From contig JBAXJR010000002.1 in assembly GCA_037137755.1 (NCBI GenBank), positions 64,001 to 128,000 of the forward strand: a stretch of 64,000 bases of DNA, read 5' to 3'. The translations under genes and the position numbers were made by a program. The notes below the pieces were generated by a model, which did no database searches, was not told where the DNA came from, and saw only the letters and a list, made by a program, of their open reading frames with translations. Source of the DNA: Methanomicrobiales archaeon (GTDB taxonomy: Archaea; Halobacteriota; Methanomicrobia; Methanomicrobiales; Methanospirillaceae). Position 1 is the stretch's first letter. Each line of letters begins with the position of its first letter. Positions 29,725-40,744 of the stretch are shown one piece after another.

Positions 29725-30118
29725 ATGCAAAAAAAAGGCAGGTACTTTCAACTGGGATTGGTATCCCTTCTCACATCACGTTTCTAGTGATATTTCCCCC
29801 GCTGCGACAATTCCTCCGATAACCAGGGCTCCGCATACACCCGGTTCACTAGTTATAAGTTATCTGACCCAATCTCGTGCCGCCGGTCTGATGGGCCATG
29901 CAGTCGCAGGCTATTATGCCAATCCTGCCCGGTTTACATCGATTAATTCAACTATCTTCTTAATACCAACCGGTTCCTTCAATGCACCGGACGGATCATC
30001 AACGTCAGGGTTCTCCATTCCTGACTTGTTCCCGTCAAGTAATTATTCTTCGATAAGTCAAAACTGGGACGATTTATTCCCCTCACTGGCACCCATTGGT
30101 GGCAGTTGCGGCGGCTAA
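29725..30118 (+). pseudogene. Frameshifted secreted protein ending in GGSCGG
   Basis: ATG 29725 gives MQKKGRYFQLGLVSLL; the signal peptide continues (ITFLVI / SPAATIPP) only after two frame changes; the final frame is open from 29702 to 30118. Confidence 0.45.
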
Positions 30119-30352
30119 CCTGAATTCTTAATTTATCCTGATGTTTCCCTGATCCCGGAAGGTAAGCCTTTAGAGAAACAGGGGCTCCTACCTACCAGTG
30201 CAAGCAGGATGGTGAAAATGGCGCTGAATAAATCGTGCGGGGAAAAAGAGTGTCCGTGTCCTCCTCGGGCTGCACAATTTTACATTTACCCAGACCTCCA
30301 CACTTTTCAACAGGTTAATCAACGCCCTGTACAGATCACTCTTCTGGTATCC

Positions 30353-30766
30353 ATGGTGTTCCCAAATAAACCCGGTGGATTGGTACTCCTTATTATACTG
30401 TCAGTAATTTTTTCCGGGTGCGTACAGCTTGGACAATCCGGCCCGGTAACTGCAGATGGATACCGTGATGTAACAGCCCCGGAGGCACGGTCGATAAAGC
30501 ACGAAAGTGAGGGGAAACTGGTCATTATCGATCTCTCACCTGATTATAACGTGGGACACCTTCCCATGGCTATCAGTATCCCGCTCGAATCGCTGGATGA
30601 GAAGATCCCAGCCCTCGATAAATCAAGGCCATACCTTGTCTACTCCCGAACTGATGATGTAAGTATTGCCGGTGCCAGAAAAATGGTGAGTACCGGGTTC
30701 TCTCCGGTCTATCGGCTGAAGGGCAACTATGAGGCCTGGGTATCAGCCGGTTACCCGGAAGTATGA
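30353..30766 (+). CDS. Rhodanese-like domain lipoprotein lacking the catalytic Cys
   Basis: Lipobox IFSGC; VIIDLSPDYNVGHLPMAISIP; active-site loop YLVYSRTDDVS; VYRLKGNYEAWVSAGYP. Confidence 0.85.
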   Translation: MVFPNKPGGLVLLIILSVIFSGCVQLGQSGPVTADGYRDVTAPEARSIKHESEGKLVIIDLSPDYNVGHLPMAISIPLESLDEKIPALDKSRPYLVYSRTDDVSIAGARKMVSTGFSPVYRLKGNYEAWVSAGYPEV

Positions 30767-30883
30767 GTCTCTGCAATCCTTTTTTGTAACGTTGGGTGGG
30801 ACCCTACCGATACAAGTTCCCGGACACAGTGATATCCCAACAGTAAAATGGAGAAACTATTTTATTGGATGATATAACTTGGG

Positions 30884-32629
30884 TCATCCTTTTTTTAACG
30901 TAAACCGGATCGCTGCCCCCTGCTCCGGGTGTCCTTGTACCCGGTCATCAGCCCAGATCCTGCCCCCATATGCTTCGATAAGCATTTTCGCTATATGCAG
31001 GCCCAGCCCGTAACTGCTTCGTTTTTCCGAGCCAAGCATGAAACGATCGAAAATACCCGGCTTTATCCCGTCAGGAATACCAGTGCCGGTATCACTCACC
31101 GATACACGTAGCATCCCATCAAGCAAATCCTCCACCTCCACCTCAATAATGACCGCTTCACCGCCGGATTTGATACTGTTTGATATGAGGTTCTGGAAAA
31201 CTACCTGCAGCATCTCATCAGCAAGGACCCGGACCTCACAATTCCTGCACCTGATCGTAATTCCCTCGTTGTCCCTGATCTCTTCCGTGACCACCGCATT
31301 GAGCCAGGTGGATTTTTGTTCCGGAGGGTTTTTGTAGATCTTTGATATCGTCTCGATGTTCCGGATAACACTCTGACCCTTACCGAGTGTCTCGATCATG
31401 TGCAGGGTATACCCTTTCTCTTTCTCACCTACGCTGTTTTTTAAGATTTCCGCATAACCCCGGAGGGAAAAGATCGCATTCATGATCTCGTACGTCAGGA
31501 CATCGAGGTAAATATCAAGGTAGATGTTAGCCTTGCGGTTTGCTTCTGCCAGTTGTTCCCGCTGCTGCGCCAGCTGTGTCTGGCTATCCTGCAGTTCCTG
31601 GAGCATCGTGTTAAGCGAATTTTTCAGCGATGCTATTTCGTCATCCCCGCTGACAGGCAACCGTTCCGAAAGGTCGCGTTTCTTCCCGATCACTTTCATA
31701 GCGAAGTCCAGGTCTGCCAGTGGGGTAACAATATACCTGCGGAGGAGCAGTTCGGTAACAGCCCCGAAGATGATCGCGATCATCATGAATGCCACGATAA
31801 AGAATGTAACCGTGGCATTGGCCTGCTGGTAAATATCCCGCTGGGTTGTCACTTTTAGGAGCGCAACGGGTTTATTCTCAATATCATAGACAATTTTATT
31901 GCTCTGCAGCGTCGAGGAGTCGTGAACCCGGCTTGCGGTATCCGGTGCACCCGGTGCTGTCAGTTGAAGCACTATAGGGTCCTTGTTCAACCATTGCTCA
32001 TCAAGCGGGATCAATTTCAATGGTATATGAGCCCGGTCCTGCAACGCTGTGATCCGGGAATCGTCGTAGGAACGGACCATGATAAGTGTGCCCCTTGCGG
32101 GCCCTTCTCCATGGCTCGTGAGAATCGTGTGCAGTGAGACCATATAGAGCCCTTCAGGCTGCTGGATAAACCCACTTATTCCCTTATCTGATAAATTCTT
32201 CAAAAAATTTGGACGGCTTGAAAAATAATCCTGTATCCCCTGTGGGACGTCGCCCTCGGTCTTGTCCTGCAGGTTATACCATCTGCTGTACGAATTATTC
32301 CCGGAACTGTCATAGAACAGGATTCCATTGACCTGGAGGCTTTCATAGGCAGACGGATAGTCAAGGTTACTGCTAATATAATCTGAATTTCTGTCTGTTA
32401 TGAACGTGTAGGTGTCATCCCACATCGCCCAGTCGCGGGTGCTGTCCCCCAGTTTTTCTTCTTCAAATTTTATCTGGCTGGTGACCCGTTCAACATTAAT
32501 AACAGACCCCTTCTGCTCAATCTGGGCATACGATGCGAGAATAAAGAACTGGGCAAGAAAAATCATCGCTAAGATCAAAATCAAAATAGTCGTACCAATA
32601 ATGATCAATGTACGTGTATGGATCTTCAT
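30884..32629 (-). CDS. Membrane sensor: CHASE4-HAMP-histidine-kinase-like, H-box His replaced by Tyr
   Basis: DWAMWDDTYTF (CHASE4), HAMP (PLADL...DDEIASLKNSLNTML), H-box VLTYEIMN, N box NLISNSIK, G1 DTGTG, G2 YGLGL. Confidence 0.9.
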   Translation of the reverse strand: MKIHTRTLIIIGTTILILILAMIFLAQFFILASYAQIEQKGSVINVERVTSQIKFEEEKLGDSTRDWAMWDDTYTFITDRNSDYISSNLDYPSAYESLQVNGILFYDSSGNNSYSRWYNLQDKTEGDVPQGIQDYFSSRPNFLKNLSDKGISGFIQQPEGLYMVSLHTILTSHGEGPARGTLIMVRSYDDSRITALQDRAHIPLKLIPLDEQWLNKDPIVLQLTAPGAPDTASRVHDSSTLQSNKIVYDIENKPVALLKVTTQRDIYQQANATVTFFIVAFMMIAIIFGAVTELLLRRYIVTPLADLDFAMKVIGKKRDLSERLPVSGDDEIASLKNSLNTMLQELQDSQTQLAQQREQLAEANRKANIYLDIYLDVLTYEIMNAIFSLRGYAEILKNSVGEKEKGYTLHMIETLGKGQSVIRNIETISKIYKNPPEQKSTWLNAVVTEEIRDNEGITIRCRNCEVRVLADEMLQVVFQNLISNSIKSGGEAVIIEVEVEDLLDGMLRVSVSDTGTGIPDGIKPGIFDRFMLGSEKRSSYGLGLHIAKMLIEAYGGRIWADDRVQGHPEQGAAIRFTLKKG

Positions 32630-33397
32630 GATGCCCCCTCATCGGTATTAACCATACGGGGATATATAAACGTTTTGTTAACACCGCCCATTCACGCCCA
32701 TACGATATCCTTCATAAACGGTCGTCATCCGGGGGGAAAGTGTACGTACCTGTTAGCGGGACCTGCATGAAGTGAAATACTATAATCTACATCATGGGGA
32801 ATTATTTTCTAAAATTATGCTGATTCCATGGTTCTTTATCCAATCAGACAATTTCAAAATGCTTTTATACCCCTTTGTTTCCACTGGAGCGTCCGGCATC
32901 CAGCAATACAATTGCTTAAACAGGCCAATTAAGGTGGCATCCCAATTTTTCACCAGGGCCCGGTTCAGGGAATCTGGTGGGCCAGGTCATTTTTTCCAGG
33001 CTCCCCCATCGCTACCAGGATGTGACAGAATTACTCGAAAACAGATGTAAATTAAATCATATGGCTTTTTTCAATGACCGTTGATAAACATGGCCACGAC
33101 CTGATATCACATGAATACCTGTCGACACTATTGGAGTAAAAGCGATTTAAATAAGTGAATCTCCCCATAAATACCTTCTATATTAGGTCCATCGCGATTT
33201 TGGGACCTGAATTTGAATGAACTTCACTTACATTAACACGGTATTTGCTGGATCGTCCCACCCGCTCAAAGTCCGCGTTAGTCTGGCAGAAAATGTATCT
33301 CGTGAGATCGGCTGTACCCGACGTCCCCTTTTTGCTAATGATTACTGCACTATCCTGCCACGAATGCAAACCCCTTCAATCCTAAAATATTTCATGA

Positions 33398-33823
33398 CTA
33401 TGTTTTCACTATTCCTTTTTTAATCGCCATTTTTTTTATTTTTACATTAAGGTTGGGACTGTTCTCCATTTTGTGCCAGTCAGAGTTACTCATACCCATA
33501 AAAAAACCGCATGGACATTTGACCCATGCTTCATATTTATCAGGGAATTCTACACGAAGAGTAGATTTTCCACACTTGGGGCAGGTCAGTTTAACCAGGT
33601 TCACCGAAGTGGTGACATCGCGGTCCATATCGTGTTCCTCGACTGGTGGATCTTCGGAAACGGGCTTGCTATTATCGGTTTTTCCGCCACCTGCAACATG
33701 CTGCACCTTCACTCCCGGATCTTTGGACATATTGTGTGCGGTGTCCTTTGCATCAGCATATGCGGTTTTTACGGCCTTAATCTCTAAATCATCAGTCATT
33801 TTTGTTTCCAGCTCCTGATCCAT
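33398..33823 (-). CDS. Hypothetical protein with a C-terminal zinc-ribbon-like motif
   Basis: Acidic low-complexity N-half, then CPKCG-x14-CPCG. Confidence 0.7.
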   Translation of the reverse strand: MDQELETKMTDDLEIKAVKTAYADAKDTAHNMSKDPGVKVQHVAGGGKTDNSKPVSEDPPVEEHDMDRDVTTSVNLVKLTCPKCGKSTLRVEFPDKYEAWVKCPCGFFMGMSNSDWHKMENSPNLNVKIKKMAIKKGIVKT

Positions 33824-33999
33824 GGTATGAGTTTTTTAATGAAACCATTCAGATTGACAGATAAAAAATTCTATACCATTATCAACTATAACCTCCATTT
33901 GAGCGTGGAAGTATATCCTTCTAACCTGTTGTTGCAAAATATAAAATCAAATTTTCTTAAAAAAAGTATTCTGGGAATGGACTATTCCCGTTTATATTG

Positions 34000-34983
34000 T
34001 TACGTGGAGTCCTTTCCATACATTATGATGGCGGCTAACCCTAACACTCCCACTATTAAGACGATATCAGGTCCCGAGGCCTTGGTGGTCGCAGGAGGCA
34101 GACTTGTGGGGGATGCAGTGATGGGGGCGGTCGGTGGAGCTGTCGTCAGAATTACCGGGGTGGCTGCAGTTGTCAAATCCGTCGTTGCAACCGTCGCTGG
34201 CCGAGTAGTACTGAAGACGCTTGTCTGGGTCGGTGAAACCGATGAGGTTATGAGCGGGTTTGAACTCAGGATCTGGACATTGCCCGTCTGGGGCGTGATC
34301 GTCTTACCCTCGACCGGGTAGTTGTCCTTCACGCTGTTCACATTACAGACTGCCCAAACTGTATAGGTACCAGATGCATAGGTGCTGGTATCCCAGACGG
34401 GGCCTGTTGAAAATGGTGATGTGGAGATCGGAATGTCTATCAGCGGGTAATTGGATACCGCTGCAAGTTCGTTCCCATTGGGCATCCTGACATGAATCGT
34501 CACGGGTATCCCTGATACGCCGGGTCTGGTTGTGATGGGAATGAGGTTTGTCTCAACAGTGAAACCCACCTGGTCCCCTTTCGGTACCCACGTGGTCATC
34601 CCTGTCACTTCAAAATGCGAAGTCTGATCGTAGATCCTGAGGTTTATGTTCGGCTCTTCCACGTAAAAAGCGAGTTTTTTATCGGGAAGGGTATACCAGG
34701 GCCCGGTCCTGCCTACAAAGACCGAGGGGGCAATATAGAAGTTTTTCGCGTTATCCACCGAAGTTGTGGCCGATGGTGCGCTTGTTGAGACATTGCTCGC
34801 CGTCCCGAACCATCCGATCATCGAGTTGGTTGCCGCCCCGGTCTGGCTGATATCAAGGCCTTGTTCACCAATAAACGCCATGCCCCCCTGTGGAACCGTA
34901 GAAATCGACCCGCTGACGGGGAGCATTATTAATAACGTCCCGATAAAGGCCCCAACTGCACACCATGTAAACCGTTTTAACAT
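34000..34983 (-). CDS. DUF3821-like cell-surface glycoprotein with Thr-rich linker and C-terminal membrane anchor
   Basis: TVPQGGMAFIGEQGLDIS, NFYIAPSVFVGRTGPWY, WDT...GTYTVWAVCNVN, Thr/Pro tail, hydrophobic C-terminus. Confidence 0.8.
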   Translation of the reverse strand: MLKRFTWCAVGAFIGTLLIMLPVSGSISTVPQGGMAFIGEQGLDISQTGAATNSMIGWFGTASNVSTSAPSATTSVDNAKNFYIAPSVFVGRTGPWYTLPDKKLAFYVEEPNINLRIYDQTSHFEVTGMTTWVPKGDQVGFTVETNLIPITTRPGVSGIPVTIHVRMPNGNELAAVSNYPLIDIPISTSPFSTGPVWDTSTYASGTYTVWAVCNVNSVKDNYPVEGKTITPQTGNVQILSSNPLITSSVSPTQTSVFSTTRPATVATTDLTTAATPVILTTAPPTAPITASPTSLPPATTKASGPDIVLIVGVLGLAAIIMYGKDST

Positions 34984-35234
34984 AATTATTTCTCCATTGA
35001 ATTGTTCGATGGTGCACAATAGGTACGGGATATGATAAACATGATCCTGAAAAGCACGGTTAAGAACGTCCTGGAAAATGGGAAATTTCCGTCTAATGAC
35101 TCATAATTCCACTGTTTGAAAAATTCGCCCTTCTACGGTGACAAATCCCAACCGGTCCACACTTGTACCGCGATAATACCTGCAGGGATAACGGTTAATA
35201 ATCCTGACCGCTTTATCCTCATCTGGAATACATC

Positions 35235-35606
35235 ATGTCCCGTATTGTGCATTTCGAGATTCCTGCGGAAAAACCAGAACAGATTGCCGGGTTCTATAAA
35301 AAAGTCCTTGGCTGGGATATCCTAAAATGGGGCGGCCCTGTTGACTACTGGCTCGTCGGGACGGGCCCGGAGGACAAACCAGGGATTAACGGGGGAATCG
35401 CGCGGAAAAAGGACAGGCCTGCGTCCGGTATCCTTGTCACTGCTGAGGTGGAATCTGTCGACCATGCCCTGGACCTGGTCATTGCATCAGGCGGGAGTGT
35501 TGTCGTCCCGAAACAGGCGATTCCGGGTGTCGGATGGCAGGCACATTTCCGCGATCCCGAAGGGAACGTACTCGGCCTCCTCCAGTACGATCCCGGGGCC
35601 AAATGA
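35235..35606 (+). CDS. VOC/glyoxalase-bleomycin resistance family protein
   Basis: IVHFEIPA...FYKKVLGW, GINGGI, IPGVGWQAHFRDPEGNVLGL. Confidence 0.92.
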   Translation: MSRIVHFEIPAEKPEQIAGFYKKVLGWDILKWGGPVDYWLVGTGPEDKPGINGGIARKKDRPASGILVTAEVESVDHALDLVIASGGSVVVPKQAIPGVGWQAHFRDPEGNVLGLLQYDPGAK

Positions 35607-35903
35607 GAAGGGATCAATACTACCTTGCAGTTTGGAAGAAAGAATTTTTTGGGTTGTATTGATCGAATTATTCCTGCGAAACACAAAGGGCAATAGTCTC
35701 TCTACTCCCCCTGTTCCTTGCAAAGCAGCCCACCATCAGAAATACCTGCGGGAACGTCCGGGTAAGACCCGAAAAAACAAGCCCTGCATGGGACGGACAT
35801 ACCCCATAGCCCGGGATACCGTATTCATGAAGGGTATTAGCCAAGATATTTCATGGTTCAGTCAAAATAGAGAAGTTAGCGGAAAAACAGGCCAAGAATA
35901 AAA

Positions 35904-38471
35904 ATGTTATCCATTCTCTATGTCGATGATGAACCCGACCTGCTCGAAATTGCCAGGCTCTTTCTTGAGCAGGACGGAGTGTTCCGCGTTGACACCACAA
36001 CCTCAGCGTCTGCTGCTCTGCCGCTCCTTATACCGGCACAGTACGATGCCATTATTTCTGATTACCAGATGCCGGGAAAGGACGGTATCCAGTTTTTAAA
36101 AGAGGTCAGGGCATCAGGTAATACCATACCGTTCATTATTTTCACTGGCCGGGGGAGAGAAGAGATCGTTATCGAGGCCTTAAACGAAGGGGCTGATTTC
36201 TACCTGCAGAAAGGTGGTGAACCAGAGGCGCAGTACGCTGAGCTTACGAACAAAATCATCTATGCCGTCCAACGAAAACGGGCCGAGGACGCGCTCTGGA
36301 GGAATGAGGTACGGCTCAACAGGGCTGAAGAAGTGGCAGGGTTCGGGAACTGGGAGATTCATCTCGCTACGAATGCGGTGACCGCATCGAAGGGTGCCCG
36401 GACATTGTATGGCCTCCCTGATGACGACCTGACAATTCAGGACATCCTGAGTGTCCCACTCCCGAAACACCGGCCACTACTCGATGCTGCATTAAATGAC
36501 CTGGTAAATAAGGGTGTGCCCTATGAGGTGGAGTTTAAAATCCAACGGAAAAAGGACGGAAAAATACTGGACATTTACTCCCTTGCCGAGTTTGATCCCC
36601 TGCAGAGGACGGTATTCGGGGTGATCCATGACATTACCGGGCGCAAGCGGACAGAAGCGGCACTACGGAAGAGCGAGGAAAGTTACAGGGGGCTTTTCAA
36701 CACGGTTCGCCAGGCGATCTATATCATCGATGAGGAAGGGACGTTTGTTGATGTGAACGATGGCGCGGAGGTGATGTATGGTTATGCCCGGGAGGAATTC
36801 AAAGGGAAGACACCTGAATTCCTCTCGGCGCCGGGAAAAAATGACTTTCCTGCAGTAGTAGAACAGTTGCGGAAAGCATTTTCCGGGGAACCACAGCAGT
36901 TCGAATTCTGGGGGCTGAGAAAGAATCACGAGGTGTTCCCCAAGGATGTCCGGCTTTACAAGGGGATGTATTTTGGCAGGGACGTCCTCATTGCCATCGG
37001 TACGGATATCACCGAGCGCAAAAAGGTGGAAGTCGCACTGGAAAAGAGCAGGATCCAGCTTGCGGAGGCGATGGATCAGGCACACCTGGTGAACTGGGAA
37101 TTTGATGTTGGAACGGGTATATTTACCTTTGATGACCGGTTTTATGCTCTGTATGGCACAACCGCGGAGATTGAAGGTGGCTACCTGATGTCAGCAGAGA
37201 TATATGCAAAAAAATTCGTTCACCCAGATGACCAGCACCTTGTAGCCGATGAAGTGAAAAAAGCTATTAAGGCCGTTGACCCCGGGTACGAGTCACATGT
37301 GGAGCACCGGATAATCCGCAGGGATGGGGAAATCCGGTATATTGTTGTGCGTTTTGGAATTATAAAAGACGAAAACGGCAGGACTATCAAGACCCACGGA
37401 GTGAACCAGGATATTACCAGACTCAAACGGGTGGATGAAGCACTCGAACAGTCAGAGGAAAAATTCCGCCTCCTGGTAGAGAACAGTCACGACATCATCT
37501 ACACGCTCAACCTGCAGGGAGTATTCACCTTTGTATCTCCGAGCTGGGTCAGGCTTCTCGGGCATCCCTTCGCTGAGGTAGTTGGAAAACCGTTCCTGGA
37601 ATTTGTTCATCCGGATGACAATCGGAGGTGCCAGGAATTAATGCAGAGCTTAATTGAGACGGGACAACGACAAACGGATGTTGAGTACCGCGTCCGACAC
37701 GCTGACGGGACCTGGCGTTGGTATACCACCAATGCTGTTCCTTTACATGATAAAGCGGGCAAAATCAATGGCGCCGAGGGTATTGCCAGTGATATCACCC
37801 GACGTAAAGAATACGAAGTGGCGCTCTGTCTGGCAGGCAACAAATTAAAACTTCTGTCCGGGATAACCCGCCATGATATCAATAACCAACTGATGGTCCT
37901 CGCGGGCAACCTGCGTATGTTGCAAAAGAAGCATCCTGATACCACTCACAATGAGAATTTCCATAAGGTCGAAACCGCTGTAAAGCGGATCTCATCTATG
38001 ATCCAGTTCACGAAGGAGTATGAGGAGATCGGTGTCAATGCACCCGTCTGGCAGGACATACTATCGCTCGTAGATACAGCTGCAATGCAGGCTCCGCTCG
38101 GAACAGTTATTTTGGAGAATGATCTTCCCAAAGGAACAGAAGTGTTCGCTGACCCGCTGATTATTAAAGTCCTTTATAACCTGATGGACAATGCGATGCG
38201 ATACGGCGGCAAGACCACGACAATTCGGTTCTTTGTTAAGGAATTCGATACTGATCATATTCTGGTCTGTGAGGATGATGGTATCGGCGTCCCGGCTGAG
38301 GAGAAGGAGAAAATTTTTGAACGTGGATTCGGGAAAAACACCGGTCTTGGGTTGGCCCTGTCCCGGGAGATCCTCTCGATCACTGGCATCACGATCCGCG
38401 AGGCCGGGGATGCGGGAAACGGTGCAAGGTTCGAGATGAGGATGCCGAAAGAAGCATACCGGGTTACATAG
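35904..38471 (+). CDS. Cytoplasmic hybrid sensor kinase REC-(PAS)4-HisKA-HATPase, His intact
   Basis: ILYVDDE, IISDYQMPG, YLQKG; four PAS/PAC units; ITRHDINN; NLMDNAMRY; DDGIG; NTGLGL. Confidence 0.95.
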   Translation: MLSILYVDDEPDLLEIARLFLEQDGVFRVDTTTSASAALPLLIPAQYDAIISDYQMPGKDGIQFLKEVRASGNTIPFIIFTGRGREEIVIEALNEGADFYLQKGGEPEAQYAELTNKIIYAVQRKRAEDALWRNEVRLNRAEEVAGFGNWEIHLATNAVTASKGARTLYGLPDDDLTIQDILSVPLPKHRPLLDAALNDLVNKGVPYEVEFKIQRKKDGKILDIYSLAEFDPLQRTVFGVIHDITGRKRTEAALRKSEESYRGLFNTVRQAIYIIDEEGTFVDVNDGAEVMYGYAREEFKGKTPEFLSAPGKNDFPAVVEQLRKAFSGEPQQFEFWGLRKNHEVFPKDVRLYKGMYFGRDVLIAIGTDITERKKVEVALEKSRIQLAEAMDQAHLVNWEFDVGTGIFTFDDRFYALYGTTAEIEGGYLMSAEIYAKKFVHPDDQHLVADEVKKAIKAVDPGYESHVEHRIIRRDGEIRYIVVRFGIIKDENGRTIKTHGVNQDITRLKRVDEALEQSEEKFRLLVENSHDIIYTLNLQGVFTFVSPSWVRLLGHPFAEVVGKPFLEFVHPDDNRRCQELMQSLIETGQRQTDVEYRVRHADGTWRWYTTNAVPLHDKAGKINGAEGIASDITRRKEYEVALCLAGNKLKLLSGITRHDINNQLMVLAGNLRMLQKKHPDTTHNENFHKVETAVKRISSMIQFTKEYEEIGVNAPVWQDILSLVDTAAMQAPLGTVILENDLPKGTEVFADPLIIKVLYNLMDNAMRYGGKTTTIRFFVKEFDTDHILVCEDDGIGVPAEEKEKIFERGFGKNTGLGLALSREILSITGITIREAGDAGNGARFEMRMPKEAYRVT

Positions 38472-38644
38472 TGGAACAGAAAAAAGACCAGATTATCCGT
38501 GTGATCCTGCCGGCCCGGAATTCATAAGAATCCGTTAACTGTTCACCTGGAGGGTGAAGGAGAAACCTGATCCCAGGCTACGATACGTAATGACCCCGGA
38601 AGGATGTCAGAATAAAAATGGAGGGCCCTGCCCAGGATATCGCC

Positions 38645-39214
38645 TTAATGCAGCAGGTCCCTGCCTATCCGGTATGCCTTATCCATGAACTCTTTTCTCC
38701 CGGTGACCGGCGGTTTGATACCTGCATCGAGGTCATACGCCACCAGGTGGTCCTTCACGGAGAGGCCTGTTAACCCAACCATGTGCATGAACGTTGTAAC
38801 GGGGCTCTCGAACAGGTGGGCATCCGGCTGGTTCTGCGTGAAGATGAACGAGACTTTTTTTGATCCCGGTAATTTTGGGCTTAAATTCATACCGATATAC
38901 GGGAACATCCGGTCCTGCCATAGCTTGGTCTGGGCCGAAATACCGGCAAAGTAAATAGGTGATGCTACAATAATACCAGCCGACTCCTGCATCAGCTGGT
39001 GGATAATCTGCATGTCGTCTTTGATCGCACATGCAGTTACGTCGTTCTTCTTGCAGTAATAGCAGGCCTGGCAACCCTTAATCTCCAGGTCGTTTAAGAA
39101 CACCGTTTCAGTCTCAATACCCTGTTCTTTCAGCCCCCTTCCGGCCTCCCCTGCGAGGACCGCAGTGCTGCCGTTCTTCCGTGGACTTCCTATGAGAATG
39201 GTAACTTTTGTCAT
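38645..39214 (-). CDS. Iron-sulfur flavoprotein (Isf-like, flavodoxin fold)
   Basis: GSPRKNGST, CQACYYC-x7-C, ASPIYFAGISAQTK. Confidence 0.9.
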   Translation of the reverse strand: MTKVTILIGSPRKNGSTAVLAGEAGRGLKEQGIETETVFLNDLEIKGCQACYYCKKNDVTACAIKDDMQIIHQLMQESAGIIVASPIYFAGISAQTKLWQDRMFPYIGMNLSPKLPGSKKVSFIFTQNQPDAHLFESPVTTFMHMVGLTGLSVKDHLVAYDLDAGIKPPVTGRKEFMDKAYRIGRDLLH

Positions 39215-39241
39215 CTTTTTAGTTCTCCAGCACAAAACGGT

Positions 39242-39895
39242 TCACCGGGAGGTTATCAACCGTGCTCCCAGTTCAAATGCCCGTTTGCAGTCCTGCGGGA
39301 AGACCGTCCTGCGACGTTCCTTCCGTTCCTCCGGGTCGAAGTAGCTGAAGACCACCTTGTCGTAGTCCGGGAACTGGAGTGTCTCTAAGGAAAACAGGGA
39401 TTCCGCATGACCAAATGTACGGGCAAGTACATGCTCGTTCAAACCGGTATGCACAGGGTAGTGGTATTCAACCATCTGCTGCCCGGATACGTTCATGGTA
39501 TAAATAAACGCTGTCCGGACTGTCTTTTCAAAGAGAGAACCTGGTGGATTCGTGTACACAAGATACGGGAACAAAAGCCGCTCCATGAAACATCGCATCA
39601 TGCCGGTCACTGTACCGAAGTAGATCGGTGAGCCTAGGATGAGGGCATCGATGTCCGGTATTTTTTCAAGGACCGGGGTAAGCCCGTCCTGAACGGCACA
39701 TTTGCCATAGCTGTTCCCACCTTTCAATTTGCAGGCGAAACAGCTGGTGCACCCGGTATACGCAAGGTCATAGAGATGGACCAGTTCCGTTTCCGCTCCT
39801 GCAGATGCCGCCCCGTCAAGGGCGGACTCCAGCAGGGTTGCGGTATTCCACTTTTTTCGCGGGCTCCCGTTGATTGCAAGGATCTTCATTGTCAT
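39242..39895 (-). CDS. Iron-sulfur flavoprotein (Isf-like)
   Basis: NGSPRKKWNTA, CTSCFAC-x10-C, GSPIYFG. Confidence 0.9.
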   Translation of the reverse strand: MTMKILAINGSPRKKWNTATLLESALDGAASAGAETELVHLYDLAYTGCTSCFACKLKGGNSYGKCAVQDGLTPVLEKIPDIDALILGSPIYFGTVTGMMRCFMERLLFPYLVYTNPPGSLFEKTVRTAFIYTMNVSGQQMVEYHYPVHTGLNEHVLARTFGHAESLFSLETLQFPDYDKVVFSYFDPEERKERRRTVFPQDCKRAFELGARLITSR

Positions 39896-39925
39896 CTTCC
39901 TTTATTTTTTACCGGTTCCTGTGGT

Positions 39926-40744
39926 TTACAGCCACTTCACATCAAGGGGTTTCCGCCGGGGGATCCCGTAGACCTGGTACAACGGGTGGCCGAACATCAT
40001 CGCATAGGCGCTTTTCCGCCCGGCGGGAATACCGAGCTCCTTCTGAAGGGGCTCATACAACTGAGCAGCCATCGCGACAAACCCCGCCCAGCAGGTCCCG
40101 ATACCGAATGCAGGTGCAGCGACGTCGATATGGGTGAGGGCGATGATCGCATCCACGGATGCAATCGGGTTACCATCCTGGATATGGGCGAAGAGGAGGT
40201 GAGGGGCATCCCTGCAGATAATATCCTGTCCCGCAGCCCATGCCCCGAGCAGCATCGGTATATAGCCACTCAACGGATGGTTCGTATTCTGCAGCGTTTT
40301 CATCCACTCGATGGTCAGCCCGGCAATTTTCCTGACTCTCTTTGGATCATGGACTATGAGCCACTGCACCGGCTGTCCGTTGCTTCCTGAAGCGGCGTAC
40401 CGGGCGATATCGAGAAGTTCGAGGATCTTTTCCCTTGGGACCGGGTCTGGCGTAAATTCCCTCACGGACCTGCGTTTTTTAAGATAAAACGCCATGTTTT
40501 CGGGAGAGATTGTACCGGCACCGGCCGGAAGGGGCACTTTCTCATCCGGGCGGACGTTCAGGATGAGTGCCTCGGTCGGACACGAAACCTCACAGTGACC
40601 GCACTGGATACACATGCCTGCCACTGCATCGGTTACCACTGGCAGGGTGTTCTCATCGGCGGGGGTAACAATCCCCATCGGGCAGACTTTGGAGCAGATC
40701 CCGCAGCGGGTGCAGAGATCCTTGTCAACAAGTATTGTGGTCAT
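39926..40744 (-). CDS. 2x[4Fe-4S] ferredoxin-nitroreductase fusion
   Basis: CTRCGICSKVCP, CIQCGHCEVSCP, RRSVREF, AASGSNGQP, GIGTCWAG. Confidence 0.93.
   Translation of the reverse strand: MTTILVDKDLCTRCGICSKVCPMGIVTPADENTLPVVTDAVAGMCIQCGHCEVSCPTEALILNVRPDEKVPLPAGAGTISPENMAFYLKKRRSVREFTPDPVPREKILELLDIARYAASGSNGQPVQWLIVHDPKRVRKIAGLTIEWMKTLQNTNHPLSGYIPMLLGAWAAGQDIICRDAPHLLFAHIQDGNPIASVDAIIALTHIDVAAPAFGIGTCWAGFVAMAAQLYEPLQKELGIPAGRKSAYAMMFGHPLYQVYGIPRRKPLDVKWL

Noticed and set aside
32630-33397. ~770-bp gap with short ORFs (32772-33050, 33178-33369, 33217-33423)
   Set aside because: No motifs, RBS support, repeats or convincing RNA structure were recognised, so it is left uncalled.
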